This document shows positions 38,020-49,732 of a DNA stretch of 64,000 bases, in pieces. Made by a program: the position numbers and the translations under genes. Origin of the DNA: Mytilus californianus (Eukaryota); contig NW_026262674.1 of the NCBI RefSeq assembly GCF_021869535.1, positions 1,612,001-1,676,000 of the forward strand. The letters are read 5' to 3'. Numbering within the stretch: the first letter of the stretch is position 1; each line of letters starts with the position of its first letter. The notes below the pieces were generated by a model, which did not search any database, was not told the origin of the DNA, and was given only the letters and a program-made list of their open reading frames with translations.

Positions 38020-39055
38020 GAAGTAAGTTTTGATAAAACTAGTTAACTTTAAGGAAAATATGTGAAAAAATCATTATTTACTGAATAGCATAGAGAGTGA
38101 ACTCTTTTTTTTTTAAATTAATCTATCTCATAAAAACATATTGACCTACATTATTTTTAGATCACCACTCTTCAAATCATCTTCAAATTCTTCAGTGTAA
38201 GGTCGTATTTTAGTAGTCTTTTATGGAATTTGTGTCTTTTTTTTTGCTGTTCCAATATGCAACCTGTAATGAAGAAAAAGCTAAAATGACAAACACGGTT
38301 TTCCACTCTATTTGTTTATATAACAAAAGAACCAATAATGCAAATTGTCACTTATGCGTAAAATATTTCTATATCTTAAAGACCTGTTTGTACCTGTAGA
38401 TATATAACAATTAATTTCAGCATTTTAGTATACATTGTACATTATTGTTTAGGGCCAACTGAAGCCAGCCTCTGGGTGCATGATTTTCTCAATGCGTTGA
38501 AAATCCATTGGTGGCCTTTTGCTGTTTTCTGATCTTTGTTGTCTCTATGACAAATTCCTTGTGTCCATTTTCAATTCTTTTTTAAATATTGAATTTTTGG
38601 TTTTTGCTTGAAACATAATTCAAAATCTTTTAAAATATTACTAGTAGTTCCAAGTGGAACCTGTGAACCAGCATAACAATTAAAATAAAGAACATTCAAT
38701 CAGCAACTTCTGTTTGGTCTTTGGTGGAGAGTTGACTCATTGGTAATCATGCACAACTCTCATTTCTATACGTATGAGCTACTTTTCAGGGTGTTCCTTC
38801 AGTTTAACATTAAAGTTACAATTTTTTCACTGCTAATTAACGTTTATCTTATTAAGATATACAACTTAGGCTTTGAAAATAGAAATATTCTCTTGCTATT
38901 ATTATAACTAGTGAAGCTTCAATTCAAAATTATGTGTTTATCTAATAGAAGTAAGGAAAATAATTATTCATTATGGTAATAAAATGTGTTAAACAATGAC
39001 TGCAGTATATATAAATCATAACCAAACAAATCTGGTTTTATGATCTAACTTCCCT

Positions 39056-39420
39056 ATTTAATTAATGAATGGCTATTATTTATTTTGAATTTATTTAACC
39101 ATAAAATTAATTTTTGACTCTTCACATTGAATAATCTGCGAAGCGGATTATGTAAAATGTGAAGAGTCAAAAATTAATTTTATGGTTCAATAAATTCAAA
39201 ATAAAAAATAGCCATTCATTATAAATAAATTTCTATCAAAAATAAGGACCAAAGAGCTTTTTAAATTATTTATATTAACAATAACAACGTACACACATGT
39301 TGGCGTATGAATACACAACGTCAGAGTGGGCGTGTCGCCTTAAAAATTGACAACATTGAAAATAATACTTTTAACCAATCAGAGGACAGTAAATACACCA
39401 AATTTATTTATTTTTGATGA
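39056..39420. mobile_element. Foldback element (171-bp palindrome plus unique tail)
   Basis: Arms 39056-39137 and 39145-39226 centred on GCGAAGC; tail carries GGGCGTGTC and CCAATCAG and ends in AATTTATTTAT again. Confidence 0.7.
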
Positions 39421-39759
39421 ATTCAAATTAAATCACATGTATTGTTATGGTGATACTAAAAATTGTTAGGATTATATCCTAATGGGATGTTTAGGGTAAG
39501 CAGTCATTTTAAATCCAACATTATAACTGTTAAAATGATTATATCCTAATGGGATGTTTAGGGTAAGCAGTCATTTTAAATCCAACATTACAACTGTTAA
39601 AATGATTAAGTTTTATGGAATACAATATGAGTGTAAATACATCGAATAATTTGTGTGGAGTATTATTGTGCATAGTACATTGCTGATGAATACATGCGCT
39701 TGAGGGTATTCAAGAAGCAGGAAATTACCCTAAATGCCATTGTTCAGCTGTTATATTCT

Positions 39760-40590
39760 AAAAGTTTGCCATCATACTCGGTTAGTTAGTTGCTTCCTTC
39801 ATCCCATATATGAAGTATATGTTTGCCTACATAGTTTGTTGGAAGGTTGTTATTTTCCACTTCATTTATGGACGTGTCCATAATACATGTGACATTGTTG
39901 TTGCTATCGCTATCAATACTCATTGGTAAGCCGTTGTCATTGTTTTCATTGGCATTTGTCGAAGCATTGGTTTCCATGTCTTCTACATGTACTTCTCTGT
40001 TTTCAGAAGAAGATTGTTCAAGCTGTATTATTTTTATTTAATTTTCTGTAAGCTCAGGAAGGTCAAGAGACTTTTTAAAAAGATGTTTTGAATTGGTATC
40101 TACTTTTTGGACTTCTATTTCTTTTCTATACGTTATTTGTGCTTTAACGGCATTTATTTTAAGCTTCTTGGTTTTGCAAGTTGAAATGAAAGAATCAATT
40201 TTGTTTAATTTTGTCCATTTCCCACCTAAATTGTTGATTTCCGAAATAAGTTTTTCCTTTTCATTTTGAATTTTTGCTTCCTTTAGTTCCTTTTCTTTTA
40301 TTCCTGTTTCTATAATTGTTGACTTTTCATTATAAACTTTAATGAAATCTCTGATGTTTCTTTGTCTCTTTTCTTCCCCCATTTGTCTGCATTTAACTAT
40401 AAGATTATTTTCTGTTCCTCCGTGTTTTCTTTCAACCAATCTGCAGTGCCATTATTTTTAAAAATTAATTTTAAATTTATTGTCGAAATGCTGGTGTTTG
40501 GAGCAATGGACTTTTGACGATGTATCTGAGCCATTAGTCTTTCTAAAGTTATGTTGTTTGCTGGACATGATTTTGAAGTAAGGATCATTT
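39760..40590 (-). pseudogene. Decayed DDE-transposase-like C-terminal region (superfamily uncertain)
   Basis: CPANNITLERLMA..APN..FKNNGTADWL, GGKW..AVKAQITYRK, VGKHILHIWDE segments across broken frames. Confidence 0.5.
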
Positions 40591-41500
40591 CTTCCGACGG
40601 GTTTGAATACATGTATGATGTTTTATTTTAATGGAAAATCCGTACAGACCCAGAAACGTGTGACCCAAAAGGGTTCACGAGCTTTATCGTCATTGTTAAA
40701 CTCAGTCAAAGATTTGTACTTGTCAAAGAAGAAACAACTTGGTCTATTTGACAGTATGATGGCGTCTGTTCTGAATTCTGCTTCGAAAATATGGGGTTTA
40801 AATCGAGGTAAAGATGTTGGGATTATTCACAATCGTTTCTGTCGATATATTTTAAAAGTTGAAAAAACTGTTCCAAATTGTTATTTATATGGAGAATTTG
40901 GCCATTTTCCTATGTATATTATGAGAAAATTTAGAATTTTGAAATACTGGTTGAATATTCTAACTAACAAAACACCTTTTGTTTATGATGTTTATGATGT
41001 TTATGATGTTTATGATGTTTATAAATTGTTACTTGAAGATGCCAATAATGGCAAAAGAAACTGGGCTTCTTATGTACGTGACTTATTATTTGATTGTGGT
41101 CTAAATTATATATGGTATCAACAATCATATTATTGATGTAATTAAGAATAGAATTAAAGATCAGTATATAAAAAGCTGGTTATCATCTGTAGAAATGAGC
41201 GAAAAACTTAGTATTTATAAGAATATAAAGTTAGAATTTAGGTTTGAACATTATGTAAATTGCTGTTATAATTCACACTTTTTAACTAAATTACGTAGTG
41301 GTGCACTAAAGCTGAACATTGAAACAGGAAGATATACTGACATGGCTAGAGAATTACGTGTATGTAAATGTTGTAATATGCAGTGCGTTTAAAAAACGAG
41401 TACCACTTTTTGTTAGTATGCCCTGCCTATAGATCAATTATGCCTAAATATTTGCTAAAATTCTACTGTTCTTGGCCAAACATTACTAAATTACAGTAGT
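40590..41500 (+). mobile_element. 5'-truncated non-LTR retrotransposon ORF2 3' fragment
   Basis: LFDSM..LN.ASKIWG, YGEFGHFP, LKYW, IETGRY..RVCKCC..NEYHFLLVCP CCHC knuckle, with stops. Confidence 0.8.
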
Positions 41501-41539
41501 TATTTAAGTTAATGTCTGTTTTACATATTAAACAAGATG

Positions 41540-42270
41540 TGTCGGAACGACACGAATGGCCCCGTCTCAAAAAGTTGAAAAATCTGCAATTTCAACAACA
41601 CATGTGGACACAAACATGCATGGATAGTATCCAGCTCTCAAGACCAATACTAGTTTGATGAAAAATTTCCTTGATCAATGAGTAGTTAAATTTCAAACTA
41701 TCAGCAAACAGGAAGTGGATGTACTGAAGATGTGTTGAAACAACATGAAGATCAGCATATCGTAACGAAACATAAACTTGATCTGTAACCTATCATTGTA
41801 GATTCACATATCAAAAATCAGCGCAAAATTTGAAGGCGTATAGAAAAAAAGTCTGTATAACTGTGATTTTCGACCATTTATCAAAGCCCAAAACCCGTAA
41901 TTTCTACAGAAATTAGCAGAGCGGAACGAAACTCAAACTTGATCTGTAACTCATCATGGTTAACTCACATACCAAAAATCAGCCCAATATCTAAAAGCGT
42001 TTAGAAAAATAAGTCCGTATAACTGTGATTTTCAACAATTTATCAAAGTCCAAAGCCCGTAATTTCGACAAACATTAGCAGAGCGGAACGAAATTTAAAC
42101 TTGATCTGTAACTCATCATGGTTAACTTAAAAATCAGCCCAATATCTGAAGGCGTTTAGAAAAAAAGTCCGTATAATGGTTTGTTGCGGAATGACGGAAT
42201 GACAGAATGACGGAATGACGGACAAGGGTAAAACTATATGGCCCCGACAACTTTGTTGCGGGGCCATAAA
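41540..42270 (-). mobile_element. HINE-like element with three ~162-bp units
   Basis: AACTTGATCTGTAAC at ~41776, 41937 and 42099; GGAATGAC microsatellite; terminal GCCCCGACAAC..GTTGCGGGGC hairpin. Confidence 0.75.
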
Positions 42271-43344
42271 AATTGTGTAATTACATAAAATCTGCGTGGT
42301 CAATCAAATCACATATTGTTACTTAATGTTATTTGTTTTCTTTTAATGATTTTTATGTATTGATCTCTGCTGTTTATCATTTGTCGTGTTGTAAATATGT
42401 TTTCGTTGCTATAGCATATATATGCTTTTTGCAATAAAGTATTCATTCCAATGTCAAAATGTAATAAACAAATATGTTATATGTAACTATTTAATTATGT
42501 TATAATTAAGATATCCATCTTTCAAAATAGAAACGTGAAATTTAATTAACAATAGTTAAGGAAAAAATATTTAAATAGTAATTTTAATCTGTTTCGTCAA
42601 GGATTTTTACTATACAAATCCTTGGTTTCGTTGAAATTTGAAATATGAAAGGCTAGTATATATATATTCGTTGTATGTAACACAATTCAGAATAATAAAT
42701 AAATATTTTTTTAATTATAGTGGCACATATTGATTGACAAATTATTTACATATCACAGTACTCTGAAATGAATGGGGTTTAAGAAAGTATAAAAATATAA
42801 AAATAAAATATATATTTTAATTTTTATGTAATTTTATCATAAAATTAACTTGCATATTTAATCATATATAAGGAGCAATTTAAAAGAAATATTTTTTTCA
42901 GATTCAACACTATTTAAGAAACAAAATTTACATAGTCTGTTTTCTAGTGCTGTAGATATATATCTGATTCAGTAATTCGATATTACGGTGTTTTTGTCCA
43001 GAATGAATGACAGATACAAAATTGTGTAATATCGAAATAATTTCTGAAATGTATTTTTCCCCGGCCCATCGAACCTCAAAAACGTATATTACGATAAGAC
43101 TGTTATTTCGATATTGCGGTGTTATTGTCCAGAATAAATGACAAATACAGCCTCATGAAATATCGAAATAACTTCTGAAATGTATTTTTCCCCGGCCCAT
43201 CGAACCTATATCCGTAAACAACAACGGATGAAAGATCAAGAGCAGAGGACGAACTAAACCATGAGACGTGTTTTTTTTTTTAAATAATTGTTATCCTAAA
43301 GTACTGGGGTGCGTCTAAACATGGCGAAGGAGCCCTTAGCGCAC

Positions 43345-43561
43345 CAAGAACTTATAGTATGCCACTAAAGACTTGATGCGGTGCTGTTACAACGATTCAA
43401 TGATTTTCGGCAATATCAAAGAAAAACCGGCACGTGTCAAACAATGTTCAATAACTCTTTTATTTGTGATGATTTTTCTATAAAATTTTTAATTTATGCA
43501 TCAAATATCAATATCTACATGTAACAGCACCGCATCTTAGTGGCATACTATAAGTCCTTGT
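43345..43561. mobile_element. ~40-bp inverted repeat pair (MITE or MULE end)
   Basis: CAAGAACTTATAGTATGCCACTAA..GATGCGGTGCTGTTACA / TGTAACAGCACCGCATCTTAGTGGCATACTATAAGTCCTTG. Confidence 0.6.
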
Positions 43562-43639
43562 ACATCCGTTTGTACAACTGATTATTCATAACAAGAACCA
43601 GGTACAGGCAATAGTTTGTTATACAGAAGACCAAATTTC

Positions 43640-44600
43640 AGATTTAAAATATTTCCTGTCACAAAAGTCAGAACCTTCAATCTGGGTAGCTTTGACGTTA
43701 CGTCTATGTAGTTTATAAGAACCTGCGGGTACACTGAAAAGAAATAAAGACCATCCAATCTTCGCAGGACCAATGCTGCTACACAAGGATGCATCATATA
43801 CAACCTATAGAGCTTTCTTTTCCCACAGTTCTGCCACACTGAAACTTGCGATAGATGATGTCGAACTTCGACTCCATGAGAATATAGAGTTCGGCTTTTC
43901 CAACAGCAAAACGACGTTTATGTACAAAACATTTGAAAGACAATGTGCAGCATTACTTACAAGATCGTGTTGGTGTCAGCTCACAAGAAAGAAAACACAT
44001 TATTTACGCAATCTTTGGGGACGACGGCATAGCCAGTGCAAGACGATACTTTGTAATTTGCAAGTGCATATGCACAACTTAAGGATTTATGTTCACATTA
44101 CCCTCAGTTTCTAAAATACTACGAACCGAGTTTTAAACCAAGAGTTCGCGAGTTTTTAAATGCAGCAAATAGACGTTTGGGCACAAACAAATTGTGGATA
44201 AACAATAACGCAGAATCTATGAACCATGTAATGAAAGTGGCAGTCAACTGGAAGCCAAAACATAACCGCAGATTTGGTCGAAAAACTGTTTGACATGGTG
44301 GACTTTCAGTTCATCTATCTTAGATCAGCACTGCATCATTCAGGAGATTATATTCCTGTCAATTCCTACAAACAATGAATGATCTTTGCTGATGATATCT
44401 GGAAAACTAATTAAATCAGACGAGGAAAAAAGGAAGCTCTATAATAATTTCGTACTGGACAGTAAGAAACGAAAACATGACAATGTCACAACTGCCTCTG
44501 ATGAACTGTATTAAGTTGTTAACAAGGCAAAGTCAATAGCTAGGAAACCAATGCAGAGAAAGAGACCAAGAACCGAAAGAGCCGAAAAAAGACATTAAAC
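43640..44600 (+). pseudogene. Decayed MULE transposase
   Basis: TFNLGSFDVT, HPIFAGPMLLHKDASYTTYRAFFSH and WINNNAESMNHVMKVAVNWKP motifs, with stops and frameshifts. Confidence 0.75.
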
Positions 44601-44672
44601 TTCTATCATGTCTATCATGATCATATATGTAATGTTAACTGGAAGAAAAACTAAGTACATTTAAAAGTAATA

Positions 44673-44880
44673 CTGCGGATTCGTTTATTTTCGTGGGTAC
44701 CAATTTTCGTGGATTGCGGAAAAAATGTGTTTTCGTGGATATTTGATTTCGTTGTTTTGCCAAAGTCTGCATACAAGCCTATAGAAAATGTGTACTTTGT
44801 CGAACATTGAAATTCGTGGTTCACCGATACCCACGAAATAAAAAAAAAATGGTATCCCACGAATAATAATAAATCCACAG
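44673..44880. mobile_element. Tc1/mariner-type MITE
   Basis: TA|CTGCGGATT ... AATCCACAG|TA; subterminal TTCGTGG repeats. Confidence 0.75.
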
Positions 44881-45229
44881 TATAAGTAACATACAGAAAA
44901 ACATGAATAAATTTTACAAAATTTCCTTCTAGATACTAGCTTTTGATCATTAACAAGCTTCTATCCAAGTTTGGTACAAATCCAGCATAGTTAAAGAAAG
45001 TTATTTAAATATTAAAAAATTAAACCACAGAGTGAATATTTGTGGACGACGCCGACGACGACGGAATGTAGGATCGCTTTATCTCGCTTTTGCGACAAAA
45101 GTCGCAGGCTCGACAAATAGACTAAAATGTAGGGCAGGTTACTGGAAGGGTAACTGGAACCACATATATATTTTATTTAGCCTTATTCATAAAACATGTA
45201 TAAATGTCCATTTATGACTGAATATAAAA

Positions 45230-47300
45230 AAGAAGATGTGGTATGATTGCCAATGAGACAACTCCCCACAAGAGACCAAATGACACAGAAATTAACAACT
45301 ATAGGTCACCGTACGGCCTTCAACAATGAGCAAAGCCCATACCACACAGTCAGCTAAAAAAGGCCCCGAAATGACAATGTAAAACAATTCAAACGAGAAA
45401 ACTAACGGCCTTATTTATGTACAAAAAATGAACGAAAAACAAATATGTAACACATAAACAAACGACAACCACTGAATTACAGGCTCCTGACTTGGGACAG
45501 GCACATATATACAGAATGTGGCGGGGTTGAACATGTTAGCGGGATCCCAACACTCCCCCTAACCTGGGATAGTGGTGTAACAGTACAACATAAGAACGAA
45601 CTATAAAAATCAGTTGAAAGAGGCTTAACTCATCAGATGGATAAAAATACAAATACTACAAATACAAGTGGACGTGGCCGGGTACTTGTACATCCAAACA
45701 ACAAAAAGACACTAAGTACAGATCTGAGAGTACTCGCAGTTACTGACAGCTAGTTCAAAGCCACTAACAACTAATAAAAAAAATCATGCATCTAAGACTA
45801 AATTATCAATCCATACACATCCAACATCCAATGGATTTAGGGTAAAGACGTCATGAACAGTCAGAGAAAAACGTGACTTTGTGCAATGCCAAGATACAGG
45901 TATCGACAGATTGTAGATCCATGAATGTGTATATGTATATAACAATAATATCTAGTTTGCTTTTAATTTACTGATAACAAAATCAATATCAGTACCAATA
46001 AAAACAATATTAATTGATCTAATTACAGTGTTGAATTGGTAACCTTTTAGAATAAGTTTATTTAAAGGATCGATAAGTTTATCAGGATCATTTCTAAATT
46101 TCCCGGCACGGTAAACAATATTGCCGTAAAAATGAGGATGTGCAATCCCGTTTGAAATAAGTTTTCTACAGGTACAACCAAACTTCAAGACCAAATCTTT
46201 ATATCTGTGGAAGAATTTAGTAAAGGTTTTAAGTAATTTGTGGTAACGAAATCCCTGGCTTAATAATTTACCAGTAATACATAGATTACGTTCGTTAAAA
46301 TAAAAAACGTCACAACAGACACTGGCAGAGCGAACGAGTTGTGAAATATAAACACCGTAAGATGGTGCCAAAGGAACATCACCATCCAAAAAGGGAAAAT
46401 TAACAATAGGGAACAAAATATCGTCCCTTTTGTCGTACATTTTAGTGTGGAGTTTCCCGTGTAAAACCGAAATATCTAAATCTAGGAAAGGACAGTTGTT
46501 ATTGTTTAAATTTGATTTATTTAAAGTAAGTTCCTTTGGGTGAATTTCGGCAGTATATTGAGAAAATTCTTGATTATTTAACGAAAAAATGTCATCAAGA
46601 TAACGGTAAGTGTTGTTGAATTTATCAATTAAATGCGAATTAGACGTGTCTTTACTGAGTTTGGTCATAAACTATGATTCATAACAGTACAAAAACAAGT
46701 CTGCTATTAAAGGGGCGCAATTAGTGCCCATAGGAATACCTACAACCTGTCGACAAACTTTGCTGCCGAAACGTACATAAATATTATCATGGAGAAAATT
46801 AACAGCTTCAATCATCTCATCACACCTCCAGTAAGTATGTCTAGCATATTTACCTTTCTCATTAAAGAAGAAGGCTTTAAATGAGTTGCAGCGAATATAT
46901 TTGCATTCAGATTTACCAAACGAACATTTAATTAAATAGTCAAATTTTTGTTTAATAAGATTGTGTGGAAGTGTAGTGATAAGAGTAGAAAAGTCAAAAC
47001 TGTCAACAGAATCAAAAGGACCATCAAAAGCACGTAATTTATCTAAAACATCCAAAGATTTTTTTACACTCCAAAAATAGTTAATTCCACTATTTTCATA
47101 TATTTTATAGTTTATGATAAGCTCTTTGATAGTAGTTAAGGAACTTGTTAAAAACACTGAAAGATTAGTTGTAGAACACTTACTAGAGGCCGAGATGAAA
47201 CGATATTATACTGGTTTTTTGTGTAGTTTAGGTAACCAATACATAGTAGGAACCTTCAAATGTTCAGAAGAAGCCTTAAGCTGTGATATGGTTATGATAT
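45230..47300 (-). mobile_element. 5'-truncated Penelope-like retroelement (Naiad/Chlamys-type RT), inactivated
   Basis: YWLPKLHK, DSFDFSTL, GIPMGTNCAPLIADLFLYCYE and YRYLDD motifs; in-frame TAG at 46672-46674; no GIY-YIG after RT; 3' region 45230-45950 recurs as many dispersed fragments. Confidence 0.8.
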
Positions 47301-47440
47301 GTTTGTTAACTATATGACTCTCTGTGGCGCGCATATGAAGACTGTTAAACCATATTAATCATATTAATCACAAATATTACTATTGTGTTTATAAAAGTTA
47401 CGTTTGTCACTAAATCCTTGACAAGATATAATACTTCACA

Positions 47441-48187
47441 TGTCACCAAACTATTCACCACATACAACACATGTGCAAGGTTTTCACTAGTATAAGTTCT
47501 CATGTGTCTATCATAGTGTCTGGTGTCACCAAACTATTCACCACATACAACACATGTACGAGGTTTTCACTAGTATAAGTTCTCATGTGTCTATCATTGT
47601 GTCTGGTTTCACTAAACTGTTTACCACATACAACACATGTGCGAGGTTTTCACTAGTATAAGTTCTCATGTGTCTATCATAGTGTCTGGTGTCACTAAAC
47701 TATTCACCACATACAACACATGTGCGAGGCTTTCACTAGTATAAGTTCTCATGTGTCTATCATAGTGTCTGGTGTCACTAAACTGTTTACCACATACAAC
47801 ACATGTGCGAGGTTTTCACTAGTATAAGTTCTCATGTGTCTATTATAGTGTCTGGTGTCACCAAACTATTCACCACATACAACACATGTACGAGGTTTTC
47901 ACTAGTATAAGTTCTCATGTGTCTATCATAGTGTCTGGTGTCACTAAACTGTTAACCACATACATCACATGTGCGAGGTTTTCACTAGTATAAGTTCTCA
48001 TGTGTCTATCATAGTGTCTGGTGTCACTAAACTGTTAACCACATACATCACATGTGCGAGGTTTTCACTAGTATAAGTTCGCATGTGTCTATCATAGTGT
48101 CTGGTGTCACTAAACTGTTAACCACATACATCACATGTGCGAGGTTTTCACCAGTATGAGTTCTCATGTGTCTATCATAGTGTCTTG
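47441..48187 (-). repeat. 83-bp minisatellite derived from a frameshifted C2H2 finger (9 units)
   Basis: Unit starts at 47441, 47524, 47607, 47690, 47773, 47856, 47939, 48022 and 48105; the minus strand reads finger-like C..VCG..F.D.RHYDRHMRTYTSE with one base missing in the linker. Confidence 0.93.
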
Positions 48188-48193
48188 TGTCAA

Positions 48194-49732
48194 TTAACTG
48201 TTTACCACATACATAGCATTGGTAAGATATTCACCAGCATGAGTCAGTTTCATGTGTAAAAGACAGGTACTATTGAGGCTAAACTTTTTCCCACAAACAT
48301 TACATTTGTAAAGTCCATCATGTGTTACAGTATTACGAGTACAGCTTTGAGTTCTCATGTGTCTATGGACGCTGCTCTTGTCCCTAAACCCTTTACCACA
48401 GACATCACATGTGTAAGGTTTTTCATCAATATGAGTTCTCATGTGTATATGAAGGGATCTGTTGCTCCTAAAACCTTTACCACATACAGCGCATGTGTAA
48501 GGTTTTTCACCTGTATGTAATCTAATGTGTGTGATTAATTCCTGATTTGACTTAAACCCTTTACCACATACATCACAAATGTAAGGTTTGTATTGCTCTC
48601 CAGTATGAGTTCTCATGTGTTCAAGACAAGAACTGGTGTTGCCAAACTCTTTATCACACACATCGCATTTGTAAAGTTTATCTCCAGTATGAGTTCTCAT
48701 GTGTCTCAGACAAGAACTGTTGTTGCCAAACTCTTTAATACACACATCGCATTTGTAAAGTGTATTACAAGTATGAATGTTCGTGTGTCTATCAAAGTTA
48801 CCTTTGTAGTTTAATCCTTTATCACATGCTTGTCTGTTATATGGGTTTTCACCAGTATGAGTTTTCATGTGTCTATTATAGGAACTGATGTCACTAAACC
48901 CTTTACCACATACGTCACATTTGTAAAATTCGTCACCAGTATGAGTTCTCATTTGTTTGTGAAAATAACTGTTGTTGTCAAACTCTTTACCACATACATC
49001 ACACGTGTAACGTTTATGATATTTATAACCAGTATGAATTCTCAAGTGTTTATTGCAGTCACTTTTTCTGCCGAACTTTTTACCACAGACATCACATGTG
49101 TAAGGTTTTTCACCGGTATGCATTCTTGTGTGTGCCGTTAAGGAACTGCAGTCATTAAACCCTTTACCACATACATCACATGTGTAAGGCTTTCCACCAG
49201 TATGAGTTCTTGTATGTTTCTTATATGATTTATAGTAACCAAACCCTTTACCACATAAATCACATGTGTAGGGTTTTTCACGCGTATCACCTGTGTGAAT
49301 TCTCATGTGTCTGAGAAAGTTACTTTTGTGACTAAACCCTTGACCACATAAATCACATGTTGTGCAACGTTTTTCATCAGTATGATTTCTTTTATGTTTC
49401 GTACAGTTTCTGGAGTTAGTAAACCCTTGACCACATACATCACATGTGTAACGCTTTTTACCAGTATGAGTTCGTGTGTGTTTCGTTAAGGTTCCAGAGA
49501 ACCTAAAACTTTTATCACACATACCACATTTGTAAGGTTTATCCTGTTTATCAACATTATGAATACTCATGTGTTTAAGGAAGCCTCTTTTGTCACTAAA
49601 TCCCTTAACACATACATCACATATGTAAGGTTTGTCAGCAGTATGAGTTCTTGTGTGTATCGTATGCGATCTGAAGTCACTAAACCTTTTACCACATACA
49701 TCACATATGTATGTTTTTTCACCCGAATCCAT
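48194..49732 (-). CDS. ZF-D: C2H2 protein with 17 finger units (14 intact); N-terminus disrupted, possible pseudogene
   Basis: 512-aa ORF. Upstream acceptor at 50176-50177 and ATG at 50117 read MQNT...NVSLE, then frameshift and stops. Ends by frameshift at the last linker. Confidence 0.7.
   Translation of the reverse strand: MDSGEKTYICDVCGKRFSDFRSHTIHTRTHTADKPYICDVCVKGFSDKRGFLKHMSIHNVDKQDKPYKCGMCDKSFRFSGTLTKHTRTHTGKKRYTCDVCGQGFTNSRNCTKHKRNHTDEKRCTTCDLCGQGFSHKSNFLRHMRIHTGDTREKPYTCDLCGKGFGYYKSYKKHTRTHTGGKPYTCDVCGKGFNDCSSLTAHTRMHTGEKPYTCDVCGKKFGRKSDCNKHLRIHTGYKYHKRYTCDVCGKEFDNNSYFHKQMRTHTGDEFYKCDVCGKGFSDISSYNRHMKTHTGENPYNRQACDKGLNYKGNFDRHTNIHTCNTLYKCDVCIKEFGNNSSCLRHMRTHTGDKLYKCDVCDKEFGNTSSCLEHMRTHTGEQYKPYICDVCGKGFKSNQELITHIRLHTGEKPYTCAVCGKGFRSNRSLHIHMRTHIDEKPYTCDVCGKGFRDKSSVHRHMRTQSCTRNTVTHDGLYKCNVCGKKFSLNSTCLLHMKLTHAGEYLTNAMYVVNS

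Noticed and set aside
40981-41022. (VYD)4 peptide repeat in the LINE fragment
   Set aside because: A 9-bp slippage (GTTTATGAT)n inside an already dead element.
45600-45720. CTGATGAG on the element strand as a hammerhead ribozyme
   Set aside because: No GAAA core at the required position (GAT follows the possible stem II). At most a degenerate remnant; needs a covariance-model search.
46672-46674. In-frame stop in the Penelope RT as selenocysteine readthrough (reported for some Naiads)
   Set aside because: The codon is TAG, probably from CAG, not TGA; a simple nonsense mutation.
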